Assembly: GCF_009914755.1 (NCBI RefSeq)
Contig: NC_060942.1
Length of the DNA: 64,000 bases
Reading direction: 5' to 3' (one strand)
Source of the DNA: the human T2T-CHM13v2.0 reference genome, Homo sapiens
This document shows, piece after piece, positions 28,901 to 43,900 of the stretch. The stretch's first letter is position 1; the number at the start of each line of letters is the position of its first letter. Under the pieces are notes generated by a model. That model was not told the origin of the DNA and searched no databases. It was given only the letters and a program-made list of their open reading frames with translations. The position numbers were made by a program, and so were the translations under genes.

Positions 28901-31900
28901 GAAAAGGAAATATCTTCCCATAACAACTAGACAGAAGCATTCTCAGAAACTAGTTTCTGATGTGTGTCCTCAACTAACACAGTTGAACATTTCTTTAGAC
29001 AGAACAGTTTTGAAACACTCTTTTTGTGGAATCTGCAAGTGGCTATTTGGCTAGATTTGAGGATTTCGTTGGAAACGGGATTACATATAAAAAGCAGTCA
29101 GCGGCATTCTCAGAAAGTTCTTTGTGATGATTGCATTCAAGTCACAGAATTGAACATTCCCTTTCACAGAGCAGGTTTGAAACACTCTTTTTGTAGTGTG
29201 TGTAAGTGGACATTTGGAGCACTTACCGGCCTAAGGTGAAAAAGGAAATATCTTCCCATAAAAACTAGACAGAAGCATTCTCAGAAACTTACTCGTGATG
29301 TGTGTCCTCAACTAAAGGAGTAGAACCTTTCTTTTCATAGAGAAGTTTTGAAACGCTCTTTTTGTGGAATCTGCAAGTGGATATTTGGCTAGTTTTGAGG
29401 ATTTCGTTGGAAGCGGGAATTCATACAAATTGCAGACTGCAGCGTTCTGAGAAACATCTTTGTGATGTTTGTATTCAGGACACAGAGTTGAACATTCCCT
29501 ATCATAGAGCAGGTTTGAATCACTCCTTTTGTAGTATCTGGAAGTGGACATTTGGAGCGCTTTCAGGCCTATGTTGGAAAAGGAAATATCTTCCCATAAC
29601 AACTAGACAGAAGCATTCTCAGAAACTTATTTGAGATGTGTGTACTCAACTAAGAGAATTGAACCACCGTTTTGAAGGAGCAGTTTTGAAACTCTCTTTT
29701 TCTGGAATCTGCAAGTGGATATTTGGCTAGCTTTGGGGATTTCGCTGGAAGCGGGAATACATATAAAAAGCACACAGCAGCGTTCTGAGAAACTGCTTTC
29801 TGATGTTTGCATTCAAGTCAAAAGTTGAACACTCCCTTTCATAGAGCAGTCCTGAAACACCCCTTTTGTAGTATCTGGAACTGGACTTTTGGAGCGATTT
29901 CAGGGCTAAGGTGAAAAAGGAAATATCTTCCCATAAAAACTGGACAGAAGCATTCTCAGAAACTTGTTTATGCTGTATCTACTCAACTAACAAAGTTGAA
30001 CCTTTCTTTTGATAGAGCAGTTTTGAAATGGTCTTTTTGTGGAATCTGCAAGTGGATATTTGGCTAGTTTTGAGGATTTCGTTGGAAGCGGGAATTCATA
30101 CAAATTGCAGACTGCAGCGTTCTGAGAAACATCTTTGTGATGTTTGTATTCAGGACACAGAGTTGAACATTCCCTATCATAGAGCAGGTTGGAATCACTC
30201 CTTTTGTAGTATCTGGAAGTGGACATTTGGAGCGCTTTCAGGCCTATTTTGGAAAGGGAAATATCTTCCCGTAACAACTATGCAGAAGCATTCTCAGAAA
30301 CTTGTTTGTGATGTGTGCCCTCTACTGACAGAGTTGAACCTTTCTTTTCATAGAGCAGTTTTGAAACACTCTTTTTGTAGAATCTGCAAGAGGATATTTG
30401 CATAGCTTTGAGGATTTCGTGGGAAACGGGATTGTCTTCAGGTAAAATCTAGACAGAAGCATTCTCAGAAACTTCTTTGGGATGTTTGCATTCAAGTCAC
30501 AGAGTAGAACATTCCCTTTGGTAGAGCAGGTTTGAAACACTCTTTTTGTAGTATCTGGAAGTGGACATTTGGAGCGCTTTCAGGCCCATGTTGGAAAGGG
30601 AAATATCTTCCCGTAACAACTAGGCAGAAGCATTCTCAGAAACTTATTTGAGATGTGTGTACTCAACTAAGAGAATTGAACCACCGTTTTGAAGGAGCAG
30701 TTTTGAAACACTCTTTTTCTGGAATCTGCAAGAGTATATTTGCCTAGCCTTGAGGATTTCGTTGGAAACGGGATTGTCTTCAGAGAAAATCTAGACAGAA
30801 GCATTCTCAGAAACTTCTTTGGGATGCTTGCATTCAAGTCACAGAGTAGAACATTCCCTTTGGTAGAGCAGGTTTGAAACACTCTTTTTGTAGTATCTGG
30901 AAGTGGACATTTGGAGCGCTTTCAGGCCTACGTTGGAAAAGGAAATATCTTCCCATAACAACTAGACAGAAGCATTCTCAGAAACTAGTTTCTGATGTGT
31001 GTCCTCAACTAACACAGTTGAACATTTCTTTAGACAGAACAGTTTTGAAACACTCTTTTTGTGGAATCTGCAAGTGGCTATTTGGCTAGATTTGAGGATT
31101 TCGTTGGAAACGGGATTACATATAAAAAGCAGTCAGCGGCATTCTCAGAAAGTTCTTTGTGATGATTGCATTCAAGTCACAGAATTGAACATTCCCTTTC
31201 ACAGAGCAGGTTTGAAACACTCTTTTTGTAGTGTGTGTAAGTGGACATTTGGAGCACTTACCGGCCTAAGGTGAAAAAGGAAATATCTTCCCATAAAAAC
31301 TAGACAGAAGCATTCTCAGAAACTTACTCGTGATGTGTGTCCTCAACTAAAGGAGTAGAACCTTTCTTTTCATAGAGAAGTTTTGAAACGCTCTTTTTGT
31401 GGAATCTGCAAGTGGATATTTGGCTAGTTTTGAGGATTTCGTTGGAAGCGGGAATTCATACAAATTGCAGACTGCAGCGTTCTGAGAAACATCTTTGTGA
31501 TGTTTGTATTCAGGACACAGAGTTGAACATTCCCTATCATAGAGCAGGTTTGAATCACTCCTTTTGTAGTATCTGGAAGTGGACATTTGGAGCGCTTTCA
31601 GGCCTATGTTGGAAAAGGAAATATCTTCCCATAACAACTAGACAGAAGCATTCTCAGAAACTTATTTGAGATGTGTGTACTCAACTAAGAGAATTGAACC
31701 ACCGTTTTGAAGGAGCAGTTTTGAAACTCTCTTTTTCTGGAATCTGCAAGTGGATATTTGGCTAGCTTTGGGGATTTCGCTGGAAGCGGGAATACATATA
31801 AAAAGCACACAGCAGCGTTCTGAGAAACTGCTTTCTGATGTTTGCATTCAAGTCAAAAGTTGAACACTCCCTTTCATAGAGCAGTCCTGAAACACCCCTT

Positions 31901-34900
31901 TTGTAGTATCTGGAACTGGACTTTTGGAGCGATTTCAGGGCTAAGGTGAAAAAGGAAATATCTTCCCATAAAAACTGGACAGAAGCATTCTCAGAAACTT
32001 GTTTATGCTGTATCTACTCAACTAACAAAGTTGAACCTTTCTTTTGATAGAGCAGTTTTGAAATGGTCTTTTTGTGGAATCTGCAAGTGGATATTTGGCT
32101 AGTTTTGAGGATTTCGTTGGAAGCGGGAATTCATACAAATTGCAGACTGCAGCGTTCTGAGAAACATCTTTGTGATGTTTGTATTCAGGACACAGAGTTG
32201 AACATTCCCTATCATAGAGCAGGTTGGAATCACTCCTTTTGTAGTATCTGGAAGTGGACATTTGGAGCGCTTTCAGGCCTATTTTGGAAAGGGAAATATC
32301 TTCCCGTAACAACTATGCAGAAGCATTCTCAGAAACTTGTTTGTGATGTGTGCCCTCTACTGACAGAGTTGAACCTTTCTTTTCATAGAGCAGTTTTGAA
32401 ACACTCTTTTTGTAGAATCTGCAAGAGGATATTTGCATAGCTTTGAGGATTTCGTGGGAAACGGGATTGTCTTCAGGTAAAATCTAGACAGAAGCATTCT
32501 CAGAAACTTCTTTGGGATGTTTGCATTCAAGTCACAGAGTAGAACATTCCCTTTGGTAGAGCAGGTTTGAAACACTCTTTTTGTAGTATCTGGAAGTGGA
32601 CATTTGGAGCGCTTTCAGGCCCATGTTGGAAAGGGAAATATCTTCCCGTAACAACTAGGCAGAAGCATTCTCAGAAACTTATTTGAGATGTGTGTACTCA
32701 ACTAAGAGAATTGAACCACCGTTTTGAAGGAGCAGTTTTGAAACACTCTTTTTCTGGAATCTGCAAGAGTATATTTGCCTAGCCTTGAGGATTTCGTTGG
32801 AAACGGGATTGTCTTCAGAGAAAATCTAGACAGAAGCATTCTCAGAAACTTCTTTGGGATGCTTGCATTCAAGTCACAGAGTAGAACATTCCCTTTGGTA
32901 GAGCAGGTTTGAAACACTCTTTTTGTAGTATCTGGAAGTGGACATTTGGAGCGCTTTCAGGCCTACGTTGGAAAAGGAAATATCTTCCCATAACAACTAG
33001 ACAGAAGCATTCTCAGAAACTAGTTTCTGATGTGTGTCCTCAACTAACACAGTTGAACATTTCTTTAGACAGAACAGTTTTGAAACACTCTTTTTGTGGA
33101 ATCTGCAAGTGGCTATTTGGCTAGATTTGAGGATTTCGTTGGAAACGGGATTACATATAAAAAGCAGTCAGCGGCATTCTCAGAAAGTTCTTTGTGATGA
33201 TTGCATTCAAGTCACAGAATTGAACATTCCCTTTCACAGAGCAGGTTTGAAACACTCTTTTTGTAGTGTGTGTAAGTGGACATTTGGAGCACTTACCGGC
33301 CTAAGGTGAAAAAGGAAATATCTTCCCATAAAAACTAGACAGAAGCATTCTCAGAAACTTACTCGTGATGTGTGTCCTCAACTAAAGGAGTAGAACCTTT
33401 CTTTTCATAGAGAAGTTTTGAAACGCTCTTTTTGTGGAATCTGCAAGTGGATATTTGGCTAGTTTTGAGGATTTCGTTGGAAGCGGGAATTCATACAAAT
33501 TGCAGACTGCAGCGTTCTGAGAAACATCTTTGTGATGTTTGTATTCAGGACACAGAGTTGAACATTCCCTATCATAGAGCAGGTTTGAATCACTCCTTTT
33601 GTAGTATCTGGAAGTGGACATTTGGAGCGCTTTCAGGCCTATGTTGGAAAAGGAAATATCTTCCCATAACAACTAGACAGAAGCATTCTCAGAAACTTAT
33701 TTGAGATGTGTGTACTCAACTAAGAGAATTGAACCACCGTTTTGAAGGAGCAGTTTTGAAACTCTCTTTTTCTGGAATCTGCAAGTGGATATTTGGCTAG
33801 CTTTGGGGATTTCGCTGGAAGCGGGAATACATATAAAAAGCACACAGCAGCGTTCTGAGAAACTGCTTTCTGATGTTTGCATTCAAGTCAAAAGTTGAAC
33901 ACTCCCTTTCATAGAGCAGTCCTGAAACACCCCTTTTGTAGTATCTGGAACTGGACTTTTGGAGCGATTTCAGGGCTAAGGTGAAAAAGGAAATATCTTC
34001 CCATAAAAACTGGACAGAAGCATTCTCAGAAACTTGTTTATGCTGTATCTACTCAACTAACAAAGTTGAACCTTTCTTTTGATAGAGCAGTTTTGAAATG
34101 GTCTTTTTGTGGAATCTGCAAGTGGATATTTGGCTAGTTTTGAGGATTTCGTTGGAAGCGGGAATTCATACAAATTGCAGACTGCAGCGTTCTGAGAAAC
34201 ATCTTTGTGATGTTTGTATTCAGGACACAGAGTTGAACATTCCCTATCATAGAGCAGGTTGGAATCACTCCTTTTGTAGTATCTGGAAGTGGACATTTGG
34301 AGCGCTTTCAGGCCTATTTTGGAAAGGGAAATATCTTCCCGTAACAACTATGCAGAAGCATTCTCAGAAACTTGTTTGTGATGTGTGCCCTCTACTGACA
34401 GAGTTGAACCTTTCTTTTCATAGAGCAGTTTTGAAACACTCTTTTTGTAGAATCTGCAAGAGGATATTTGCATAGCTTTGAGGATTTCGTGGGAAACGGG
34501 ATTGTCTTCAGGTAAAATCTAGACAGAAGCATTCTCAGAAACTTCTTTGGGATGTTTGCATTCAAGTCACAGAGTAGAACATTCCCTTTGGTAGAGCAGG
34601 TTTGAAACACTCTTTTTGTAGTATCTGGAAGTGGACATTTGGAGCGCTTTCAGGCCCATGTTGGAAAGGGAAATATCTTCCCGTAACAACTAGGCAGAAG
34701 CATTCTCAGAAACTTATTTGAGATGTGTGTACTCAACTAAGAGAATTGAACCACCGTTTTGAAGGAGCAGTTTTGAAACACTCTTTTTCTGGAATCTGCA
34801 AGAGTATATTTGCCTAGCCTTGAGGATTTCGTTGGAAACGGGATTGTCTTCAGAGAAAATCTAGACAGAAGCATTCTCAGAAACTTCTTTGGGATGCTTG

Positions 34901-37900
34901 CATTCAAGTCACAGAGTAGAACATTCCCTTTGGTAGAGCAGGTTTGAAACACTCTTTTTGTAGTATCTGGAAGTGGACATTTGGAGCGCTTTCAGGCCTA
35001 CGTTGGAAAAGGAAATATCTTCCCATAACAACTAGACAGAAGCATTCTCAGAAACTAGTTTCTGATGTGTGTCCTCAACTAACACAGTTGAACATTTCTT
35101 TAGACAGAACAGTTTTGAAACACTCTTTTTGTGGAATCTGCAAGTGGCTATTTGGCTAGATTTGAGGATTTCGTTGGAAACGGGATTACATATAAAAAGC
35201 AGTCAGCAGCATTCTCAGAAAGTTCTTTGTGATGATTGCATTCAAGTCACAGAATTGAACATTCCCTTTCACAGAGCAGGTTTGAAACACTCTTTTTGTA
35301 GTGTGTGTAAGTGGACATTTGGAGCACTTACCGGCCTAAGGTGAAAAAGGAAATATCTTCCCATAAAAACTAGACAGAAGCATTCTCAGAAACTTACTCG
35401 TGATGTGTGTCCTCAACTAAAGGAGTAGAACCTTTCTTTTCATAGAGAAGTTTTGAAACGCTCTTTTTGTGGAATCTGCAAGTGGATATTTGGCTAGTTT
35501 TGAGGATTTCGTTGGAAGCGGGAATTCATACAAATTGCAGACTGCAGCGTTCTGAGAAACATCTTTGTGATGTTTGTATTCAGGACACAGAGTTGAACAT
35601 TCCCTATCATAGAGCAGGTTTGAATCACTCCTTTTGTAGTATCTGGAAGTGGACATTTGGAGCGCTTTCAGGCCTATGTTGGAAAAGGAAATATCTTCCC
35701 ATAACAACTAGACAGAAGCATTCTCAGAAACTTATTTGAGATGTGTGTACTCAACTAAGAGAATTGAACCACCGTTTTGAAGGAGCAGTTTTGAAACTCT
35801 CTTTTTCTGGAATCTGCAAGTGGATATTTGGCTAGCTTTGGGGATTTCGCTGGAAGCGGGAATACATATAAAAAGCACACAGCAGCGTTCTGAGAAACTG
35901 CTTTCTGATGTTTGCATTCAAGTCAAAAGTTGAACACTCCCTTTCATAGAGCAGTCCTGAAACACCCCTTTTGTAGTATCTGGAACTGGACTTTTGGAGC
36001 GATTTCAGGGCTAAGGTGAAAAAGGAAATATCTTCCCATAAAAACTGGACAGAAGCATTCTCAGAAACTTGTTTATGCTGTATCTACTCAACTAACAAAG
36101 TTGAACCTTTCTTTTGATAGAGCAGTTTTGAAATGGTCTTTTTGTGCAATCTGCAAGTGGATATTTGGCTAGTTTTGAGGATTTCGTTGGAAGCGGGAAT
36201 TCATACAAATTGCAGACTGCAGCGTTCTGAGAAACATCTTTGTGATGTTTGTATTCAGGACACAGAGTTGAACATTCCCTATCATAGAGCAGGTTGGAAT
36301 CACTCCTTTTGTAGTATCTGGAAGTGGACATTTGGAGCGCTTTCAGGCCTATTTTGGAAAGGGAAATATCTTCCCGTAACAACTATGCAGAAGCATTCTC
36401 AGAAACTTGTTTGTGATGTGTGCCCTCTACTGACAGAGTTGAACCTTTCTTTTCATAGAGCAGTTTTGAAACACTCTTTTTGTAGAATCTGCAAGAGGAT
36501 ATTTGCATAGCTTTGAGGATTTCGTGGGAAACGGGATTGTCTTCAGGTAAAATCTAGACAGAAGCATTCTCAGAAACTTCTTTGGGATGTTTGCATTCAA
36601 GTCACAGAGTAGAACATTCCCTTTGGTAGAGCAGGTTTGAAACACTCTTTTTGTAGTATCTGGAAGTGGACATTTGGAGCGCTTTCAGGCCCATGTTGGA
36701 AAGGGAAATATCTTCCCGTAACAACTAGGCAGAAGCATTCTCAGAAACTTATTTGAGATGTGTGTACTCAACTAAGAGAATTGAACCACCGTTTTGAAGG
36801 AGCAGTTTTGAAACACTCTTTTTCTGGAATCTGCAAGAGTATATTTGCCTAGCCTTGAGGATTTCGTTGGAAACGGGATTGTCTTCAGAGAAAATCTAGA
36901 CAGAAGCATTCTCAGAAACTTCTTTGGGATGCTTGCATTCAAGTCACAGAGTAGAACATTCCCTTTGGTAGAGCAGGTTTGAAACACTCTTTTTTTAGTA
37001 TCTGGAAGTGGACATTTGGAGCGCTTTCAGGCCTACGTTGGAAAAGGAAATATCTTCCCATAACAACTAGACAGAAGCATTCTCAGAAACTCGTTTCTGA
37101 TGTGTGTCCTCAACTAACACAGTTGAACATTTCTTTAGACAGAACAGTTTTGAAACACTCTTTTTGTGGAATCTGCAAGTGGCTATTTGGCTAGATTTGA
37201 GGATTTCGTTGGAAACGGGATTACATATAAAAAGCAGTCAGCAGCATTCTCAGAAAGTTCTTTGTGATGATTGCATTCAAGTCACAGAATTGAACATTCC
37301 CTTTCACAGAGCAGGTTTGAAACACTCTTTTTGTAGTGTGTGTAAGTGGACATTTGGAGCACTTACCGGCCTAAGGTGAAAAAGGAAATATCTTCCCATA
37401 AAAACTAGACAGAAGCATTCTCAGAAACTTACTCGTGATGTGTGTCCTCAACTAAAGGAGTAGAACCTTTCTTTTCATAGAGAAGTTTTGAAACGCTCTT
37501 TTTGTGGAATCTGCAAGTGGATATTTGGCTAGTTTTGAGGATTTCGTTGGAAGCGGGAATTCATACAAATTGCAGACTGCAGCGTTCTGAGAAACATCTT
37601 TGTGATGTTTGTATTCAGGACACAGAGTTGAACATTCCCTATCATAGAGCAGGTTTGAATCACTCCTTTTGTAGTATCTGGAAGTGGACATTTGGAGCGC
37701 TTTCAGGCCTATGTTGGAAAAGGAAATATCTTCCCATAACAACTAGACAGAAGCATTCTCAGAAACTTATTTGAGATGTGTGTACTCAACTAAGAGAATT
37801 GAACCACCGTTTTGAAGGAGCAGTTTTGAAACTCTCTTTTTCTGGAATCTGCAAGTGGATATTTGGCTAGCTTTGGGGATTTCGCTGGAAGCGGGAATAC

Positions 37901-40900
37901 ATATAAAAAGCACACAGCAGCGTTCTGAGAAACTGCTTTCTGATGTTTGCATTCAAGTCAAAAGTTGAACACTCCCTTTCATAGAGCAGTCCTGAAACAC
38001 CCCTTTTGTAGTATCTGGAACTGGACTTTTGGAGCGATTTCAGGGCTAAGGTGAAAAAGGAAATATCTTCCCATAAAAACTGGACAGAAGCATTCTCAGA
38101 AACTTGTTTATGCTGTATCTACTCAACTAACAAAGTTGAACCTTTCTTTTGATAGAGCAGTTTTGAAATGGTCTTTTTGTGGAATCTGCAAGTGGATATT
38201 TGGCTAGTTTTGAGGATTTCGTTGGAAGCGGGAATTCATACAAATTGCAGACTGCAGCGTTCTGAGAAACATCTTTGTGATGTTTGTATTCAGGACACAG
38301 AGTTGAACATTCCCTATCATAGAGCAGGTTGGAATCACTCCTTTTGTAGTATCTGGAAGTGGACATTTGGAGCGCTTTCAGGCCTATTTTGGAAAGGGAA
38401 ATATCTTCCCGTAACAACTATGCAGAAGCATTCTCAGAAACTTGTTTGTGATGTGTGCCCTCTACTGACAGAGTTGAACCTTTCTTTTCATAGAGCAGTT
38501 TTGAAACACTCTTTTTGTAGAATCTGCAAGAGGATATTTGCATAGCTTTGAGGATTTCGTGGGAAACGGGATTGTCTTCAGGTAAAATCTAGACAGAAGC
38601 ATTCTCAGAAACTTCTTTGGGATGTTTGCATTCAAGTCACAGAGTAGAACATTCCCTTTGGTAGAGCAGGTTTGAAACACTCTTTTTGTAGTATCTGGAA
38701 GTGGACATTTGGAGCGCTTTCAGGCCCATGTTGGAAAGGGAAATATCTTCCCGTAACAACTAGGCAGAAGCATTCTCAGAAACTTATTTGAGATGTGTGT
38801 ACTCAACTAAGAGAATTGAACCACCGTTTTGAAGGAGCAGTTTTGAAACACTCTTTTTCTGGAATCTGCAAGAGGATATTTGCCTAGCCTTGAGGATTTC
38901 GTTGGAAACGGGATTGTCTTCAGAGAAAATCTAGACAGAAGCATTCTCAGAAACTTCTTTGGGATGCTTGCATTCAAGTCACAGAGTAGAACATTCCCTT
39001 TGGTAGAGCAGGTTTGAAACACTCTTTTTGTAGTATCTGGAAGTGGACATTTGGAGCGCTTTCAGGCCTACGTTGGAAAAGGAAATATCTTCCCATAACA
39101 ACTAGACAGAAGCATTCTCAGAAACTCGTTTCTGATGTGTGTCCTCAACTAACACAGTTGAACATTTCTTTAGACAGAACAGTTTTGAAACACTCTTTTT
39201 GTGGAATCTGCAAGTGGCTATTTGGCTAGATTTGAGGATTTCGTTGGAAACGGGATTACATATAAAAAGCAGTCAGCAGCATTCTCAGAAAGTTCTTTGT
39301 GATGATTGCATTCAAGTCACAGAATTGAACATTCCCTTTCACAGAGCAGGTTTGAAACACTCTTTTTGTAGTGTGTGTAAGTGGACATTTGGAGCACTTA
39401 CCGGCCTAAGGTGAAAAAGGAAATATCTTCCCATAAAAACTAGACAGAAGCATTCTCAGAAACTTACTCGTGATGTGTGTCCTCAACTAAAGGAGTAGAA
39501 CCTTTCTTTTCATAGAGAAGTTTTGAAACGCTCTTTTTGTGGAATCTGCAAGTGGATATTTGGCTAGTTTTGAGGATTTCGTTGGAAGCGGGAATTCATA
39601 CAAATTGCAGACTGCAGCGTTCTGAGAAACATCTTTGTGATGTTTGTATTCAGGACACAGAGTTGAACATTCCCTATCATAGAGCAGGTTTGAATCACTC
39701 CTTTTGTAGTATCTGGAAGTGGACATTTGGAGCGCTTTCAGGCCTATGTTGGAAAAGGAAATATCTTCCCATAACAACTAGACAGAAGCATTCTCAGAAA
39801 CTTATTTGAGATGTGTGTACTCAACTAAGAGAATTGAACCACCGTTTTGAAGGAGCAGTTTTGAAACTCTCTTTTTCTGGAATCTGCAAGTGGATATTTG
39901 GCTAGCTTTGGGGATTTCGCTGGAAGCGGGAATACATATAAAAAGCACACAGCAGCGTTCTGAGAAACTGCTTTCTGATGTTTGCATTCAAGTCAAAAGT
40001 TGAACACTCCCTTTCATAGAGCAGTCCTGAAACACCCCTTTTGTAGTATCTGGAACTGGACTTTTGGAGCGATTTCAGGGCTAAGGTGAAAAAGGAAATA
40101 TCTTCCCATAAAAACTGGACAGAAGCATTCTCAGAAACTTGTTTATGCTGTATCTACTCAACTAACAAAGTTGAACCTTTCTTTTGATAGAGCAGTTTTG
40201 AAATGGTCTTTTTGTGCAATCTGCAAGTGGATATTTGGCTAGTTTTGAGGATTTCGTTGGAAGCGGGAATTCATACAAATTGCAGACTGCAGCGTTCTGA
40301 GAAACATCTTTGTGATGTTTGTATTCAGGACACAGAGTTGAACATTCCCTATCATAGAGCAGGTTGGAATCACTCCTTTTGTAGTATCTGGAAGTGGACA
40401 TTTGGAGCGCTTTCAGGCCTATTTTGGAAAGGGAAATATCTTCCCGTAACAACTATGCAGAAGCATTCTCAGAAACTTGTTTGTGATGTGTGCCCTCTAC
40501 TGACAGAGTTGAACCTTTCTTTTCATAGAGCAGTTTTGAAACACTCTTTTTGTAGAATCTGCAAGAGGATATTTGCATAGCTTTGAGGATTTCGTGGGAA
40601 ACGGGATTGTCTTCAGGTAAAATCTAGACAGAAGCATTCTCAGAAACTTCTTTGGGATGTTTGCATTAAAGTCACAGAGTAGAACATTCCCTTTGGTAGA
40701 GCAGGTTTGAAACACTCTTTTTGTAGTATCTGGAAGTGGACATTTGGAGCGCTTTCAGGCCCATGTTGGAAAGGGAAATATCTTCCCGTAACAACTAGGC
40801 AGAAGCATTCTCAGAAACTTATTTGAGATGTGTGTACTCAACTAAGAGAATTGAACCACCGTTTTGAAGGAGCAGTTTTGAAACACTCTTTTTCTGGAAT

Positions 40901-43900
40901 CTGCAAGAGGATATTTGCCTAGCCTTGAGGATTTCGTTGGAAACGGGATTGTCTTCAGAGAAAATCTAGACAGAAGCATTCTCAGAAACTTCTTTGGGAT
41001 GCTTGCATTCAAGTCACAGAGTAGAACATTCCCTTTGGTAGAGCAGGTTTGAAACACTCTTTTTTTAGTATCTGGAAGTGGACATTTGGAGCGCTTTCAG
41101 GCCTACGTTGGAAAAGGAAATATCTTCCCATAACAACTAGACAGAAGCATTCTCAGAAACTCGTTTCTGATGTGTGTCCTCAACTAACACAGTTGAACAT
41201 TTCTTTAGACAGAACAGTTTTGAAACACTCTTTTTGTGGAATCTGCAAGTGGCTATTTGGCTAGATTTGAGGATTTCGTTGGAAACGGGATTACATATAA
41301 AAAGCAGTCAGCAGCATTCTCAGAAAGTTCTTTGTGATGATTGCATTCAAGTCACAGAATTGAACATTCCCTTTCACAGAGCAGGTTTGAAACACTCTTT
41401 TTGTAGTGTGTGTAAGTGGACATTTGGAGCACTTACCGGCCTAAGGTGAAAAAGGAAATATCTTCCCATAAAAACTAGACAGAAGCATTCTCAGAAACTT
41501 ACTCGTGATGTGTGTCCTCAACTAAAGGAGTAGAACCTTTCTTTTCATAGAGAAGTTTTGAAACGCTCTTTTTGTGGAATCTGCAAGTGGATATTTGGCT
41601 AGTTTTGAGGATTTCGTTGGAAGCGGGAATTCATACAAATTGCAGACTGCAGCGTTCTGAGAAACATCTTTGTGATGTTTGTATTCAGGACACAGAGTTG
41701 AACATTCCCTATCATAGAGCAGGTTTGAATCACTCCTTTTGTAGTATCTGGAAGTGGACATTTGGAGCACTTTCAGGCCTATGTTGGAAAAGGAAATATC
41801 TTCCCATAACAACTAGACAGAAGCATTCTCAGAAACTTATTTGAGATGTGTGTACTCAACTAAGAGAATTGAACCACCGTTTTGAAGGAGCAGTTTTGAA
41901 ACTCTCTTTTTCTGGAATCTGCAAGTGGATATTTGGCTAGCTTTGGGGATTTCGCTGGAAGCGGGAATACATATAAAAAGCACACAGCAGCGTTCTGAGA
42001 AACTGCTTTCTGATGTTTGCATTCAAGTCAAAAGTTGAACACTCCCTTTCATAGAGCAGTCCTGAAACACCCCTTTTGTAGTATCTGGAACTGGACTTTT
42101 GGAGCGATTTCAGGGCTAAGGTGAAAAAGGAAATATCTTCCCATAAAAACTGGACAGAAGCATTCTCAGAAACTTGTTTATGCTGTATCTACTCAACTAA
42201 CAAAGTTGAACCTTTCTTTTGATAGAGCAGTTTTGAAATGGTCTTTTTGTGGAATCTGCAAGTGGATATTTGGCTAGTTTTGAGGATTTCGTTGGAAGCG
42301 GGAATTCATACAAATTGCAGACTGCAGCGTTCTGAGAAACATCTTTGTGATGTTTGTATTCAGGACACAGAGTTGAACATTCCCTATCATAGAGCAGGTT
42401 GGAATCACTCCTTTTGTAGTATCTGGAAGTGGACATTTGGAGCGCTTTCAGGCCTATTTTGGAAAGGGAAATATCTTCCCGTAACAACTATGCAGAAGCA
42501 TTCTCAGAAACTTGTTTGTGATGTGTGCCCTCTACTGACAGAGTTGAACCTTTCTTTTCATAGAGCAGTTTTGAAACACTCTTTTTGTAGAATCTGCAAG
42601 AGGATATTTGCATAGCTTTGAGGATTTCGTGGGAAACGGGATTGTCTTCAGGTAAAATCTAGACAGAAGCATTCTCAGAAACTTCTTTGGGATGTTTGCA
42701 TTCAAGTCACAGAGTAGAACATTCCCTTTGGTAGAGCAGGTTTGAAACACTCTTTTTGTAGTATCTGGAAGTGGACATTTGGAGCGCTTTCAGGCCCATG
42801 TTGGAAAGGGAAATATCTTCCCGTAACAACTAGGCAGAAGCATTCTCAGAAACTTATTTGAGATGTGTGTACTCAACTAAGAGAATTGAACCACCGTTTT
42901 GAAGGAGCAGTTTTGAAACACTCTTTTTCTGGAATCTGCAAGAGGATATTTGCCTAGCCTTGAGGATTTCGTTGGAAACGGGATTGTCTTCAGAGAAAAT
43001 CTAGACAGAAGCATTCTCAGAAACTTCTTTGGGATGCTTGCATTCAAGTCACAGAGTAGAACATTCCCTTTGGTAGAGCAGGTTTGAAACACTCTTTTTG
43101 TAGTATCTGGAAGTGGACATTTGGAGCGCTTTCAGGCCTACGTTGGAAAAGGAAATATCTTCCCATAACAACTAGACAGAAGCATTCTCAGAAACTCGTT
43201 TCTGATGTGTGTCCTCAACTAACACAGTTGAACATTTCTTTAGACAGAACAGTTTTGAAACACTCTTTTTGTGGAATCTGCAAGTGGCTATTTGGCTAGA
43301 TTTGAGGATTTCGTTGGAAACGGGATTACATATAAAAAGCAGTCAGCAGCATTCTCAGAAAGTTCTTTGTGATGATTGCATTCAAGTCACAGAATTGAAC
43401 ATTCCCTTTCACAGAGCAGGTTTGAAACACTCTTTTTGTAGTGTGTGTAAGTGGACATTTGGAGCACTTACCGGCCTAAGGTGAAAAAGGAAATATCTTC
43501 CCATAAAAACTAGACAGAAGCATTCTCAGAAACTTACTCGTGATGTGTGTCCTCAACTAAAGGAGTAGAACCTTTCTTTTCATAGAGAAGTTTTGAAACG
43601 CTCTTTTTGTGGAATCTGCAAGTGGATATTTGGCTAGTTTTGAGGATTTCGTTGGAAGCGGGAATTCATACAAATTGCAGACTGCAGCGTTCTGAGAAAC
43701 ATCTTTGTGATGTTTGTATTCAGGACACAGAGTTGAACATTCCCTATCATAGAGCAGGTTTGAATCACTCCTTTTGTAGTATCTGGAAGTGGACATTTGG
43801 AGCGCTTTCAGGCCTATGTTGGAAAAGGAAATATCTTCCCATAACAACTAGACAGAAGCATTCTCAGAAACTTATTTGAGATGTGTGTACTCAACTAAGA

